A DNA stretch of 64,000 bases from Candidatus Levyibacteriota bacterium (GCA_038254115.1 JBBSGK010000004.1:4227-68226), one strand, 5' to 3'; positions 45,229 to 55,222 are shown, numbered from the stretch's first letter. Numbers and translations: made by a program. The notes: generated by a model from the letters alone, not told the origin.

Positions 45229-45277
45229 GTGAGTGTACTACTATTCTGCCAACTTCAAATTTGGTTGTCAAGAATAA

Positions 45278-45928
45278 TCAAAAACCAAGAAGCCTCAGTG
45301 AAAAGTTAATGAGGTTTGTAACTATACCCATGAGAGAGAAAGGACCCAAAGGAAAAAATAGAAGAAAAATCAATAAAAACATCCCCATCCTCTGTCCGAA
45401 GGCAAGAAATGTTGCCGCCTCACGTCTTGGCAAAATCATGGCAAATATTTTTGATCCATCAAGAGGCGGGATAGGAATGAGATTAAATACAGCAAGAATT
45501 AGATTGAGAAAAACTATCTCATGAAGAATGTAACCAATAATTCCAAGTGATTTAATCTCATTGAATCCCGCGTGTGGGAATGCCAAATGTATAACAATGG
45601 TTCCGATAATAACCAATATTAAGTTGGTAAAGGGACCTGCAACTGAAACAAGCGCCAAATCTTTTATGCCGTCACGGAGATTGAAAGGATCAACGGGAAC
45701 AGGTTTGGCACCTCCAAATATAACAGGAGATTGGGCTAGGATAAGTATGAGAGGGAGCGCTATACTCATATAAGGATCTATATGAGGCCGCGGATTTAAT
45801 GTGAGGCGACCTGTGAGTTTGGCTGTTGGATCACCGAGCTGGTAAGCCACGTATCCGTGGGCAATCTCGTGAAGGATAGAGGAGTAAACAAGAATAAATA
45901 TACTTATGATCGGGAAAAGTAATTCCAT
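45278..45928 (-). CDS. site-2-protease-like membrane metalloprotease (peptidase M50 family)
   Basis: HExxH motif (SSILHEIAHGYVAY) in a TM helix, and the NLIPIPPLDGSKI motif typical of M50. I trimmed the start to the ATG at 45926-45928 (MELLFPIISIF...), because the longer ORF overlaps rpmB. Confidence 0.75.
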   Translation of the reverse strand: MELLFPIISIFILVYSSILHEIAHGYVAYQLGDPTAKLTGRLTLNPRPHIDPYMSIALPLILILAQSPVIFGGAKPVPVDPFNLRDGIKDLALVSVAGPFTNLILVIIGTIVIHLAFPHAGFNEIKSLGIIGYILHEIVFLNLILAVFNLIPIPPLDGSKIFAMILPRREAATFLAFGQRMGMFLLIFLLFFPLGPFSLMGIVTNLINFSLRLLGF

Positions 45929-45967
45929 ACGTTGAGAATTTAACGATAATATGATATCATAACCCAT

Positions 45968-46204
45968 ATGGCAATGAAATGTACCAGTTGTAAAAAAGGA
46001 ATAATGTACGGACACAATGTGTCTCATTCTAAGAGGCGAACAGGACGCAAATTCAAACCCAATCTCCACGCGACAAGAGTCGGTGTCAATGGTATGAGTG
46101 TCAAGATGAAACTTTGTACCAAGTGCTTGAGGACAATTAAGAAAGTTAAAACTCCAGTAAAGGTTGCTCTTTCCCCTGAAATCCAAGCCGTAGCATCCTT
46201 CTAA
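45968..46204 (+). CDS. rpmB: 50S ribosomal protein L28
   Basis: 78 aa. CTSCKKGIMYGHNVSHSKRRTGRKFKPNLHATRV matches the L28 core (...[20 protein letters not shown]..R.). Confidence 0.85.
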   Translation: MAMKCTSCKKGIMYGHNVSHSKRRTGRKFKPNLHATRVGVNGMSVKMKLCTKCLRTIKKVKTPVKVALSPEIQAVASF

Positions 46205-46242
46205 GGATTGATTTTTCCTATATCAAATGGTATCATCCACGT

Positions 46243-46818
46243 ATGGTAATTGAACGAGTTGATGCACGAGAGCATCCATCAGAAAATGGTCAAGAAATAA
46301 GGGTAGAATTGGATCAAGATCAAGCTACAAGTGTGCAAGAGGCACTTGAACTGTTAAAGGAATCTGAATCTTTTGACGCCCTCGCTCTGTTGGATGCTCA
46401 AGAGAATATGGTGCATGTATTGTCAGGGATAGGCATAGATTCATTGAGGGTATCAGCTGGAAATCAACTAGTTGTAAGGCCAGGACACAAATTGACAGCT
46501 CCTTCTGAAACCACAAAAAATCGGCATTTAACAATAAAACCCATTGTCGAGTTAATAATCACTAGTGATACTCCATCTCCAGTTTCAGGAAAGACCTCTC
46601 CGGTGAAAGTTTATGTTGCAGAATATGATCAATTTCCGCAAAACCATCCATATTTGGCAGGTGCATTTAGAGTCGCACTAAAGGGGGCAGCTGGTTTGGG
46701 TAAACTAACGGGTAAAGTCACTAATAGAATTGGAACCAGTCCACAAGAAGCATTAGACAAAGCACGGGAGGCATTTATAACCGTTAAAACTAAAGCAAGA
46801 AGAAAGTCAGGCTCTTAA
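46243..46818 (+). CDS. hypothetical protein
   Basis: 191-aa ORF with no family recognised. Confidence 0.45.
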   Translation: MVIERVDAREHPSENGQEIRVELDQDQATSVQEALELLKESESFDALALLDAQENMVHVLSGIGIDSLRVSAGNQLVVRPGHKLTAPSETTKNRHLTIKPIVELIITSDTPSPVSGKTSPVKVYVAEYDQFPQNHPYLAGAFRVALKGAAGLGKLTGKVTNRIGTSPQEALDKAREAFITVKTKARRKSGS

Positions 46819-47097
46819 GATCACGGTGCCCCGCGTGAGTAATAATTTCCGAGATTAAATTTTGACATGCCATGATATAATTCGTCTTGCGATGTCAAAA
46901 GAATGTCCTGCTAGAATAGATAGAAAAACTAGTCCTGGAGCAAGTTCTGCAAGGGTTGTCTGTGCAACAGATTGTCTACTCAACAACAAGTTAATAAGAA
47001 TCCAGAACTCTGGAGAAAATCTTACTGTACCGCCAGAACGCATTAGATGTCCTAAATATAAAGTGTTTAAAGATATTAAAATAGACTAGAAATAAGT

Positions 47098-47931
47098 TTA
47101 CGACTTGAAGATATTTATTATTTCTTTAATCTCAGGATAGCCGTTGAGAAAGTCTTTAACACTCATCGGTTTGCCGCCTTCGACTTGTATTTTTTTCTCC
47201 GGTAATAACTTTATTCTTAATTCTTTATTCTTAATTTTTACTATTGTCCAGACAGCCGGCCAGGGATAATAAGCCCTTATCATGCGGTCAAGTTTATCTT
47301 TACTTGGCAAGTTTTCTATATCTATCTGTCCATCAGATTTGCTCAAGTGTTTTGTGAATGTCGCTTCATGGTGATTTTGTTCACTCCATGACAATTCATC
47401 TTTAACATAACTCTTCAATATCTTTTCAATTAGTTTTGCGCCTAAAGCGAATAATTTGGTATGAAGAGTGTCCGTGGTGTCACTATCTAGAATATTCATT
47501 TTTTCCTGTGCGAGAATAGGCCCATGGTCTACATCTTTGTCCAGAACTATGAGGGTTGTTCCTGTTTCTTTCTCGCCATTTATAATTGCTGTCTGGACGG
47601 GAGTCGGGCCCCGGTACGATGGTAGAAGTGAAGGATGGATGTTCACAATTCCTTTTGGAAAAATGGATAAAAGACTTTGAGGTACGATACGGCCAAAATA
47701 ACCTAGCACAGCAACTTCTGCATTCATATCTTTTAATTTTGAGAGAAGATCTTCAGAATTTAAATCTTTCACAGAAATAAATGAGATATTGTTTTTTATA
47801 GCGTAGTGGGGGACTTCGTCAATTTTATTTGCTTCTGTGGTTACAATAAGCGAGAGGTCAAAATTTTCATTGAGCATTTTTATCACAGGGATTACATGTT
47901 TGGAGGAACCAAAAAATACTGTTTTTATCAT
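47098..47931 (-). CDS. fmt: methionyl-tRNA formyltransferase
   Basis: N-terminal formyltransferase domain VFFGSS...IVNIHPSLLPSYRGPTPVQTAIINGEKETGTTL, plus a C-terminal domain. Confidence 0.9.
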   Translation of the reverse strand: MIKTVFFGSSKHVIPVIKMLNENFDLSLIVTTEANKIDEVPHYAIKNNISFISVKDLNSEDLLSKLKDMNAEVAVLGYFGRIVPQSLLSIFPKGIVNIHPSLLPSYRGPTPVQTAIINGEKETGTTLIVLDKDVDHGPILAQEKMNILDSDTTDTLHTKLFALGAKLIEKILKSYVKDELSWSEQNHHEATFTKHLSKSDGQIDIENLPSKDKLDRMIRAYYPWPAVWTIVKIKNKELRIKLLPEKKIQVEGGKPMSVKDFLNGYPEIKEIINIFKS

Positions 47932-47937
47932 ACCTGT

Positions 47938-48525
47938 CTATATCTCCATCTCCTCAAATTCCGTTTCGCCTTTCTCATTTTTTACTGATTTGTAAAGCTC
48001 CGATTTTTGCTCAAGCACTCTTTTGGGAAAGAGAATTCCCTGAAGATGATCGTATTCATGCTGGATAATTACGCTCATAAATCCATCAAATGTCTTCTTG
48101 TGATCAACTCCTTTTTCATCCTGATAGGACAAAACAACCTCATCATGCCTTTTGACAACTCCCCATATATCTTTTAATGAGAGGCAGCCCTCAAGCTGTA
48201 CTCCTTTTTTAATTCCGGATTTTTTCTTTGCTTTTGTTGTTTTGCTGCTTTGTTTAACAGCAGTTTTTTTATTGGGTTTTTCGATAAACTTTTCAACAAC
48301 AGGATTTATAAATATCTTAATTTCGGCATCGGGATTTTCTTTCACAATGAAAATCTGGAGTCCTTTTCCTATTTGCGGCGCTGCAAGACCGACTCCTTCA
48401 GGATCACTTGCTGCAAGAAGCGCTACCTCCATCTCTTTGAGAAGCTTGTGGATGTATTTATCAATCTTGGCAACCGGTAGAGCAGGATTTGCCAAAACTT
48501 CCTGCGGCGCTTGAACAATTTTCAT
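47938..48525 (-). CDS. def: peptide deformylase
   Basis: Motifs GVGLAAPQIG, EGCLS and HEYDHLQG. It lies immediately upstream of fmt. There is a Lys-rich insert. Confidence 0.9.
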   Translation of the reverse strand: MKIVQAPQEVLANPALPVAKIDKYIHKLLKEMEVALLAASDPEGVGLAAPQIGKGLQIFIVKENPDAEIKIFINPVVEKFIEKPNKKTAVKQSSKTTKAKKKSGIKKGVQLEGCLSLKDIWGVVKRHDEVVLSYQDEKGVDHKKTFDGFMSVIIQHEYDHLQGILFPKRVLEQKSELYKSVKNEKGETEFEEMEI

Positions 48526-48799
48526 ATCAACGCTGTAAATTATATCATATTGACACTATAGAATTTATCCTTCATTATTAATTTATGGGAGCAGATAATA
48601 ATGAACGGGTGCTGATGGACAGGCAGGAGTAGAAAGAATACAGCCTGAAAGTCCTACCTCTACATCAGCTGGCGATAAAGTAGGTCGTCCACAAGCTTCA
48701 AGAGGTGAGTCTGGTAGAGCACGTTCTCCTATTAATTTTGGAAATGCACTTCTGGGTGAGGATTCTATTGATGAATCTCGCAGGAGACCAGAGGGAGAA

Positions 48800-49438
48800 T
48801 TGGAATTGTCTGATGTACCCAGAGGACCGCAAGCTGTTGTTTCAAGACCTGATATCAGTGAAAAAGATTGGGAAGCGGCTAATGCCACTCACCGTATCTT
48901 AACTAAGGAAGAAAGAGAAGTGGATAGACCAGGGGAGGGCCAATTAGACAGGTTTGCGCGGATTTCTAGTGAGGCACAGACCTATTCGGATGTAAATTAT
49001 CGGGTTCAGGAAGCAATTGATATTAATCAAGCCCGTGATACTGCCGAAAGATTTGGGCTTGAGCCTTCTTTGGCTGATGATGATTTGGTTTTCAGAAGAG
49101 ATTTGAAAATCGCCGTACAAATTCTTGATGAGCTTGGTTTGGACGGTAAGCAAGTCTATAGTAATGAGGACCAGCGTCGGGCTCTGCAGCAGCTAATAGC
49201 AAGCGAAGTTAGAGTTGGAGGCCATGAAGGACGCGTTATGAGAGCTAAAGCCGCAGTGGAGCTCGCGCAGCAGAAGTTAGATAATGAACAGGCTTTACTT
49301 GAGCGAGAATTACAAGCAAATGCTTCTAGCGAAGAGGAGTTAGTTAGATTGGCTGGTAGAAATGAATCTGACTCTGCATCATCTCCTAGTGCCAATTCAC
49401 CAGTAAAAGATAATCCTAATTCGGAGCCTGATGTTTGA
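48800..49438 (+). CDS. hypothetical protein (Arg/Glu-rich, coiled-coil-like C-terminus)
   Basis: 212 aa with a TTG start as called. The upstream frame is open to 48605 but lacks ATG or GTG. Confidence 0.45.
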   Translation: MELSDVPRGPQAVVSRPDISEKDWEAANATHRILTKEEREVDRPGEGQLDRFARISSEAQTYSDVNYRVQEAIDINQARDTAERFGLEPSLADDDLVFRRDLKIAVQILDELGLDGKQVYSNEDQRRALQQLIASEVRVGGHEGRVMRAKAAVELAQQKLDNEQALLERELQANASSEEELVRLAGRNESDSASSPSANSPVKDNPNSEPDV

Positions 49439-49441
49439 AAG

Positions 49442-51745
49442 TTATTTTCCCCAGATCTTTAAACTATCTTGTACTTGTTTGTCCTGTAGGTCGATGTTTT
49501 TCAGAATATATTGATATGTATTTATTGCTTTTTGATTATCTCCCACTTCGTGGTAAAAAAGGCCCAGGGCAAAGTATGCATCGCGATAGTCAGGCTTGAG
49601 TTTTATGGTATGCTCCAGGATCTCAATTCCTTTTTTGGGGCCCATTGTTTGTCCTGCAAGTACTCCATAGTTGTAGGATATTTTGGCATCATTTGGCGCA
49701 AGCTCCCGGGCCTTTATGATGGAGCTTAGAGCTTTGCCATAATAATTTTTTTCATTGTCCTTCCCACTCTGCGCAAGTGTATAGAAAAGTCTTACGCGGT
49801 TTTTCCAGTAGACAATATTGTTGGGATGAGTATTTATGACATTGTCACTTATTGTGATTGCATCCCGCGATAACTGAGCTGCTCCTGATGCGTCTTTTTG
49901 AAGATATAAAGCAGATGCCAGGGTGCCCAGATTTATGGATAGTTCATCTTTATAAACAGGCTCATTTGGCTCTGCATTGACCGCGTTTTGGAGAGGGGTA
50001 ATTGCTTCCTGATAACTACCTACTTTATCCAGACTTGAACCATTTGCGTAATTCAGATCAGCGCTCCAGTAGCTAAAAAGGTTCTGAAGGAAGAGAGAAG
50101 AAGTAAGAAGTAAGGCTACTAGCAGAATCCATTGGATGATCGAGGTTTTAGATGGGACAGAAGGCTCATCGGAGACAGAGGGAAAGCTTAATACTTTTTG
50201 GGGATTGAGTATTCCGGATAGTATGAATATGAATGCAGGAATTAGGAAAAAGTAGAGATTGATTATTACAACCGAGAATCCGAAGAAGTTGGAAACCAAG
50301 ATTGAAACCCACCCCGCGAATAGAGCAGTAATCAGAATACTCGGAATACTCAGAGAACCAGTTGATCTGACCTTCAGATTTTCAGATGATCTGAGCGGAC
50401 TGTCATTCTGAGTTTTCAGAGTTTTCTGAAAAACTTGAAAAATAAATAATCCAATGATTGCTAGATAGCTTCCCAGACCAAATGCTCCCGTTGTCGCCAG
50501 ATAATTTAGGTATTCATTGTGGGCCTTGTTGTACAGATAATCCCATTCCGAAGTGACATTGTGTTCCACTGGCCGGTATCTGTAATAGGCAAAAGCAAAT
50601 GTCTCAACACCTGTCCCGATAATCGGATTTGCCTTCCATGCATCTATTGCCCCGCGCCAAACCAAAAGACGGATTTTGCCGGAATCAGTTCCTCCGAGTT
50701 CTCCGGCAGCTGGTAATTCGTGGGTTGAAGTTGGATTTGATGATTTTATTTTGTTCAATTCAGGCAAAGTGAATTTTGAAAGTTGTGAAATAGGAACGCC
50801 CGAAAAGAAATTGAAAACTATAAATATCAGATTGAATAGCAGAAAGTATTTTAGGAAATTTTCTTTGAGATATTTTTTGAAAAATAGTATTGCCCAGAAG
50901 ATAATATTTGCAATCCAAAAACCTATAAAACCGCCTCGTGTATCGGTGTAGGTGAGGCAGGCATAAAATAAAGAAGTAAGAAGTAGGAAGTAAGAAGCAA
51001 GGAAAAAATTTCCTGAACCATAATTCTTGATTCTTGATTCTTGATTCTCATGGGATGATTCTGATTTAGATTTTAGATTTCTTAGAAAGTAGGAAATTGA
51101 AAGAGGTATTAAAACTGACATGTATGCAGCAAGCCAAGCCGGCTGACCAAGAGTTGAGAAGATACGGATTGTGGGTTTGAATGCATCAGTCCAGCATGAT
51201 GTATCAAAACTTCCCCTGAAAATATAACAAGTAGGGTCCCAACCAAAATGGGATGGAAATCCCCAAAGAGCAACAATCAAGCCTGAAAATAAGCTAACTT
51301 TTAAGACTTTAAGTACGTGTTTGGTTTCCAGATTGGAGACAAAGGCGTAGTATAGAAATATATAAGAGATGATAGATAACAGGCCGCCGTTAAATCTTGA
51401 GTAATAACCCCAGAGCGAGACATGCGGATCAAGGGAAAAAATTGTTGAGATTATTTGAGAAGCGAGGAAAAGAATTAGCGGAATATCAAGAGGTGTACGT
51501 TGGATGAAGATTCTTTTTTGAAGAATCATTTTTGCTATCCAGGAAGCGCCGATTATGGTTGTTATTCCAAAAGTAAGCCACATTTTTGGAAATTCAAAAA
51601 GTTCTGAAGGGGATCCGCTAAAAACAATGGGGACTAGGAGGAAGAGGGCGTAGAAGGAGAATTCGATAATGCGGTTGCAAAAATTTATAATTTTCATTAG
51701 CGGGATGATGTACGGCAGATAAAACTTCATTTTCCATGGTATCAT
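49442..51745 (-). CDS. O-antigen-ligase-like polytopic membrane protein with C-terminal TPR repeats
   Basis: 767 aa, at least 12 TM helices with a Wzy_C-like core, then TPR-like repeats (...AINTYQYILKNID...). It contains in-frame heptamer-repeat inserts. Confidence 0.75.
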   Translation of the reverse strand: MIPWKMKFYLPYIIPLMKIINFCNRIIEFSFYALFLLVPIVFSGSPSELFEFPKMWLTFGITTIIGASWIAKMILQKRIFIQRTPLDIPLILFLASQIISTIFSLDPHVSLWGYYSRFNGGLLSIISYIFLYYAFVSNLETKHVLKVLKVSLFSGLIVALWGFPSHFGWDPTCYIFRGSFDTSCWTDAFKPTIRIFSTLGQPAWLAAYMSVLIPLSISYFLRNLKSKSESSHENQESRIKNYGSGNFFLASYFLLLTSLFYACLTYTDTRGGFIGFWIANIIFWAILFFKKYLKENFLKYFLLFNLIFIVFNFFSGVPISQLSKFTLPELNKIKSSNPTSTHELPAAGELGGTDSGKIRLLVWRGAIDAWKANPIIGTGVETFAFAYYRYRPVEHNVTSEWDYLYNKAHNEYLNYLATTGAFGLGSYLAIIGLFIFQVFQKTLKTQNDSPLRSSENLKVRSTGSLSIPSILITALFAGWVSILVSNFFGFSVVIINLYFFLIPAFIFILSGILNPQKVLSFPSVSDEPSVPSKTSIIQWILLVALLLTSSLFLQNLFSYWSADLNYANGSSLDKVGSYQEAITPLQNAVNAEPNEPVYKDELSINLGTLASALYLQKDASGAAQLSRDAITISDNVINTHPNNIVYWKNRVRLFYTLAQSGKDNEKNYYGKALSSIIKARELAPNDAKISYNYGVLAGQTMGPKKGIEILEHTIKLKPDYRDAYFALGLFYHEVGDNQKAINTYQYILKNIDLQDKQVQDSLKIWGK
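50971..51049. repeat. roughly 80-bp imperfect palindromic repeat element: (GAAGTAA)n, spacer, (TTCTTGA)n, in frame in the ligase-like gene
   Basis: aagaagtaagaagtaggaagtaagaagcaagg...aaaaaatttcc...ttcttgattcttgattcttgattctc. A second copy is at 55201-55267, and a half-copy (gaagaagtaagaagtaagg) at 50096-50114. Confidence 0.6.
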
Positions 51746-51746
51746 A

Positions 51747-52901
51747 TTGGAAAAACGTGGGCAAGCTGATAGAATAGGTTTAATTATGAATCTCTTGAAT
51801 AGTTTCTACGGTCTTTTTTCTCACGATATCGGTATAGATCTCGGCACTGCAAATACTCTTGTTTTTGTCCGGGATAAAGGGATTGTGATCCGTGAACCGT
51901 CAGTTGTCGCGAGGCAAAAAAAGAGCAAACAAATCATCGCGATTGGAAGTGAGGCCAAGAAAATGCTTGGCAAGACACCTGCTTCTATAGTTACGGTACG
52001 TCCGCTTCATGGGGGAACGATTGCGGATTTTGACGCGACTGTTTCGATGATCGCTTACTACATCAAGCAAGTCCATGAGATGGGGGGAAAATTGACCGGG
52101 ATTTTTGCCCGTCCCAAAGTGGTGATTGGGATTCCATCTGCAGTAACCGAGGTTCAAAGACGTGCTGTCTGGGAAGCAGCTCTCTCAGCAGGAGCCCGGG
52201 AAGCGTATCTTATTGAAGAGCCGATGGCCGCGGCAATTGGTGAGAATATATCAATTTTTCAGTCAAAGGGCATAATGGTAGTCGATATAGGCGGCGGGAC
52301 TACAGAAATCGCGGTTATCTCGCTTGGTGGAATAGTAGTCGGCCGGTCAATGAAACTCGCCGGAGACGAGATGGATCAGGCGATCCTGCATTATGTGCGG
52401 CTTCGCCATGGAATGCTTCTTGGGGAGAGTACAGCTGAGGATATAAAAATAAAAATAGGAAGCGCTGCCCAGAAAAGCGCAAAAGCGCAAAAGCGAAGAA
52501 GCGAAGAAGGGGAAGAAGAGAAGGAAGAGATTAGCCGTACGGCGAAGGTTATGATTGTGAGGGGACGGGATATTGAGACTGGTCTTCCAAAAAGCCAGAA
52601 GATAACTGAGCCTGAAATACGTGAGGCATTATCTCCGATAATCAATCAAATAATTCAAGCCGTTGCCGATGTTTTGGAGGAAACGCCGCCTGAGCTATTG
52701 CCTGATATTCTCGAGCAGGGAATTCTTCTCACAGGTGGGGGCGCCAATTTGGAAGGCTTTGATCAGTTGATGGTTGAACGGGTGCATCTGCCTGTTTTTG
52801 TTTCATCTGATCCGATGACCTCTGTTGTCCGCGGAACGGGAAAAGTTGTGCAGGATGAAAAACTCCTCGAGCGGGTGAAGGTAATTGGGGGATTGAGGTA
52901 G
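51747..52901 (+). CDS. mreB: rod-shape-determining protein MreB (with an approximately 35-aa charged insert)
   Basis: Actin-fold motifs DLGTANT, VIGIPSAVTEVQRRA and DIGGGTTE. The insert QKSAKAQKRRSEEGEEEKEE is encoded by the heptamer repeat (AAAGCGC)n(GAAGCGA)n at 52474-52512. Confidence 0.93.
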   Translation: MEKRGQADRIGLIMNLLNSFYGLFSHDIGIDLGTANTLVFVRDKGIVIREPSVVARQKKSKQIIAIGSEAKKMLGKTPASIVTVRPLHGGTIADFDATVSMIAYYIKQVHEMGGKLTGIFARPKVVIGIPSAVTEVQRRAVWEAALSAGAREAYLIEEPMAAAIGENISIFQSKGIMVVDIGGGTTEIAVISLGGIVVGRSMKLAGDEMDQAILHYVRLRHGMLLGESTAEDIKIKIGSAAQKSAKAQKRRSEEGEEEKEEISRTAKVMIVRGRDIETGLPKSQKITEPEIREALSPIINQIIQAVADVLEETPPELLPDILEQGILLTGGGANLEGFDQLMVERVHLPVFVSSDPMTSVVRGTGKVVQDEKLLERVKVIGGLR

Positions 52902-52921
52902 GAATAAAATTGTTATCCTGC

Positions 52922-53476
52922 TCATGCAGCCGGATTGAGCGCTATCCTACCGGTACGCAGTCCAAAGAAAAAATCTTCCGCTTTTGCCCGTTCATTTTCT
53001 GTGAGTCTGGCCAGGCTTTCGGCAGTTGAAGCATCAATTCTCGCACCGGTCATCATGATAGGAAGAGCTTCCATTTCGTCTACACTCAATTCACGTGAGC
53101 CTAGAGGAATATGGAATGTTGTTCCGTCTTCTTCTGCAACAACATAAGACTTTCTTTCCATGGATGAAGGTCCAATCCCATCTTTACCAGGAATAGGAGT
53201 AAAGGTTGACTTGACAGTTTGAGGACCATCCTCAAACATTACACCGGAACGTGTTAAACCAACTCCTGCTGTATTTGATTTGGCGTTGGGATCCACATAA
53301 TTGAGGCGATATCCACCATCTGATCCTCTGACTTTTATTCCTTCTTTCGCAGACTTTAAATCTCCTAACCCACCATAAAATAAGCTGATGGCCATTCTTC
53401 TTGCATCATCCTTTCTGCTTTGGTCTGGACTTAGTGGTCTTTCTGGTGAGCTTGCCATAATAAGTGGATGATACAT
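52922..53476 (-). CDS. hypothetical protein inserted between mreB and mreC
   Basis: Start trimmed to the ATG at 53474-53476 (MYHPLIMASSPER...). The longer ORF to 53782 overlaps a plus-strand promoter and ORF. Confidence 0.5.
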   Translation of the reverse strand: MYHPLIMASSPERPLSPDQSRKDDARRMAISLFYGGLGDLKSAKEGIKVRGSDGGYRLNYVDPNAKSNTAGVGLTRSGVMFEDGPQTVKSTFTPIPGKDGIGPSSMERKSYVVAEEDGTTFHIPLGSRELSVDEMEALPIMMTGARIDASTAESLARLTENERAKAEDFFFGLRTGRIALNPAA

Positions 53477-53500
53477 TTTTAATAACAGATTGTCAAGACT

Positions 53501-53531
53501 AGCGGTGAAGGTAATTGGGGGATTGAGGTAG
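53501..53531 (+). repeat. duplicate of the last 31 nt of mreB (29 of 31 identical), distal to the inserted gene
   Basis: AGCGGTGAAGGTAATTGGGGGATTGAGGTAG versus the mreB 3' end GCGGGTGAAGGTAATTGGGGGATTGAGGTAG at 52871-52901. Confidence 0.7.
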
Positions 53532-53534
53532 AGA

Positions 53535-53562
53535 TTGCAAATAAACAAAATTGTGGTAGAAT
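53535..53562 (+). promoter_or_regulatory. sigma-70-like promoter (TTGCAA, 16-nt spacer containing TG, TAGAAT)
   Basis: TTGCAA at 53535-53540, then TGgTAGAAT with TAGAAT at 53557-53562, followed 8 nt later by the ATG at 53571. Confidence 0.35.
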
Positions 53563-53570
53563 GCATTTCT

Positions 53571-53882
53571 ATGGGATTAGAAACACAAGATAGATTGGCA
53601 AGAGAAAGAGTACTTGCTACGCTTACATCAATGTCAAATGATGCATATCCATCAAACACACGGCATATAGCTGAAAGAATGGTTCGAGGCAAACCTACAA
53701 CGGGTGATCTGGTAACTGTTTTTCTTGCGTTGGGTCCACTTGAGGAGGAAGGAAAAGTAGAATCTGTTGTAGTTAGACACACAAATCCGGCACATATTGC
53801 TTATCGATTAACCAGAGAATCAGAGCCAAGACGTAGGCGAAAACGAAATAGAAAATGGCCAATAGAGGAAGTTAGAAGATAA
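53571..53882 (+). CDS. small winged-helix-like protein (PadR-like?) with an Arg-rich tail, hypothetical
   Basis: MGLETQDRLARERVLATLTS...TTGDLVTVFLALGPLEEEGKVESVV resembles the PadR wing (LYPALHRLEEEGLI). The C-terminus is RRRRKRNRK. Confidence 0.35.
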   Translation: MGLETQDRLARERVLATLTSMSNDAYPSNTRHIAERMVRGKPTTGDLVTVFLALGPLEEEGKVESVVVRHTNPAHIAYRLTRESEPRRRRKRNRKWPIEEVRR

Positions 53883-54049
53883 TCATCTAAAATTAAACCA
53901 AAATAATACTAGTTATTGACTAGCGGAAGAGTAATCTGTCAGGATTTGTTAAAATTCCTATTGTTCGAGCGTAGCTGACTTTCATTCGCTAAAGCCTCGG
54001 GGGGATATGCAGTTTTGAATTTACAATCAGGGAAGTATATAATACCTTT

Positions 54050-54805
54050 ATGCAGAAGAGGAAGAGTTTTTTCCCCACGTTTTTAATCTTTTTTATACTT
54101 TCTATATTTATTTTTCTCTTATCCCGCTTAGGATTTCTCAACGGATTGACAGGATTTTTGGAGAGGGCAACAGTACCTCTGCAACGTGTAATATTTGGAG
54201 CAACACATTCCGATAAATGGGGAGAGTCTGCAAAATTGAAGGATGAAAATAGTAAATTGGCCTCACAAATTGTAAAGCAATCAGAATTGAAGCGTGAAAA
54301 TCAGGCACTCCGTGATCAATTCCAGACTTCAAATCCGGCGCCCAGAATACTTTTACCGGCAAAAATTATAGGTAACAATGATGGCAGTCTAACAATTGAT
54401 AAGGGACGCGCGGACACTCTAAAAAAAGGTGATGTAGTAGTTATAAAAGACAATCTAATCGGCAAGGTGGAGAAAATTTCAGAACACCTCGCAACTGTAA
54501 GCCTTCTAACTTCAAACATAATCTTTACTGCAAAAACGGCCAAAACAGGATCAGTCGGAATACTGAAAGGCCAATCAAATGGCATGATACTTGATAATGT
54601 TCTGCTCAATGATCATCTTGAGAAAGACGATTTGGTCATAACAAAGGGGGATGAAGATTTATATGGAAGTGGATTTCCGCCTGATCTGGTTGTCGGGAAA
54701 ATTGTTTCGGTAAATAAAAAAGCAAGCAATCTTTTCCAAAGCGCTGAAGTTAGGAGCTTAATTGATTTTTCCAAACTCGAAACAGTATTCATAATTACGA
54801 AATAA
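54050..54805 (+). CDS. mreC: rod-shape-determining protein MreC
   Basis: N-terminal TM helix, coiled coil (ENSKLASQIVKQSELKRENQALRDQF), then beta-rich domains. It lies downstream of mreB. Confidence 0.85.
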   Translation: MQKRKSFFPTFLIFFILSIFIFLLSRLGFLNGLTGFLERATVPLQRVIFGATHSDKWGESAKLKDENSKLASQIVKQSELKRENQALRDQFQTSNPAPRILLPAKIIGNNDGSLTIDKGRADTLKKGDVVVIKDNLIGKVEKISEHLATVSLLTSNIIFTAKTAKTGSVGILKGQSNGMILDNVLLNDHLEKDDLVITKGDEDLYGSGFPPDLVVGKIVSVNKKASNLFQSAEVRSLIDFSKLETVFIITK

Positions 54806-54811
54806 CTTTAA

Positions 54812-55222
54812 ATGGAGATATTATTTTTCATTCTACTTATAATTTCTATTTTCGTGGAATCAACTTTTATAAACTTGCCCCTAGTATTCATTCTTCTGGT
54901 TGTGTTTTGTATCCTCAAAAAAAGCGGCTACGTATTTTTGAGCGCTTTTTTAGCAGGAATTTTACTGGATCTTACAGCAGTCCGGTTTCCGGGAACATCC
55001 AGTATTTTTTTCCTCCTCGTTCTTTTAATGATCATGCTATATCAACGCAAATATGAAATTAATTCTTATCCTTTTATACTTGTCAGCTCGTTTGTTGGAA
55101 CGTATATGTATTTGATTATTTTTAATAAGCATGCTAATTTATTACAGCCATTTTTATGTACCATTTTAGCATTGGTGCTATACTCAGTTCTGCAAATACG
55201 GGAAGTAAGAAGCAATAATTAA
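54812..55222 (+). CDS. mreD: rod-shape-determining protein MreD-like membrane protein
   Basis: 136 aa, four to five TM helices, positioned between mreC and mrdA. Confidence 0.6.
   Translation: MEILFFILLIISIFVESTFINLPLVFILLVVFCILKKSGYVFLSAFLAGILLDLTAVRFPGTSSIFFLLVLLMIMLYQRKYEINSYPFILVSSFVGTYMYLIIFNKHANLLQPFLCTILALVLYSVLQIREVRSNN

Noticed and set aside
45929-46186. N-terminal 86 codons of the 302-aa ORF called for the M50 protease
   Set aside because: This region is occupied on the plus strand by a clear ribosomal protein L28 gene (45968-46204). The protease is trimmed to start at MELLFPIISIF, just before its HExxH helix.
48583-48888. 101-aa minus-strand ORF (Ser/Pro/Leu-rich) and the open upstream frame 48605-48799 ahead of the 48800 TTG start
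   Set aside because: The minus ORF is antisense to a better plus-strand frame. The upstream plus frame has no ATG or GTG start, so the gene boundary is left at the called TTG with low confidence.
53477-53782. N-terminal 102 codons of the 286-aa minus ORF between mreB and mreC
   Set aside because: It overlaps a plus-strand promoter and small ORF and also the duplicated mreB terminus. The internal ATG at 53474-53476 gives a compact gene.
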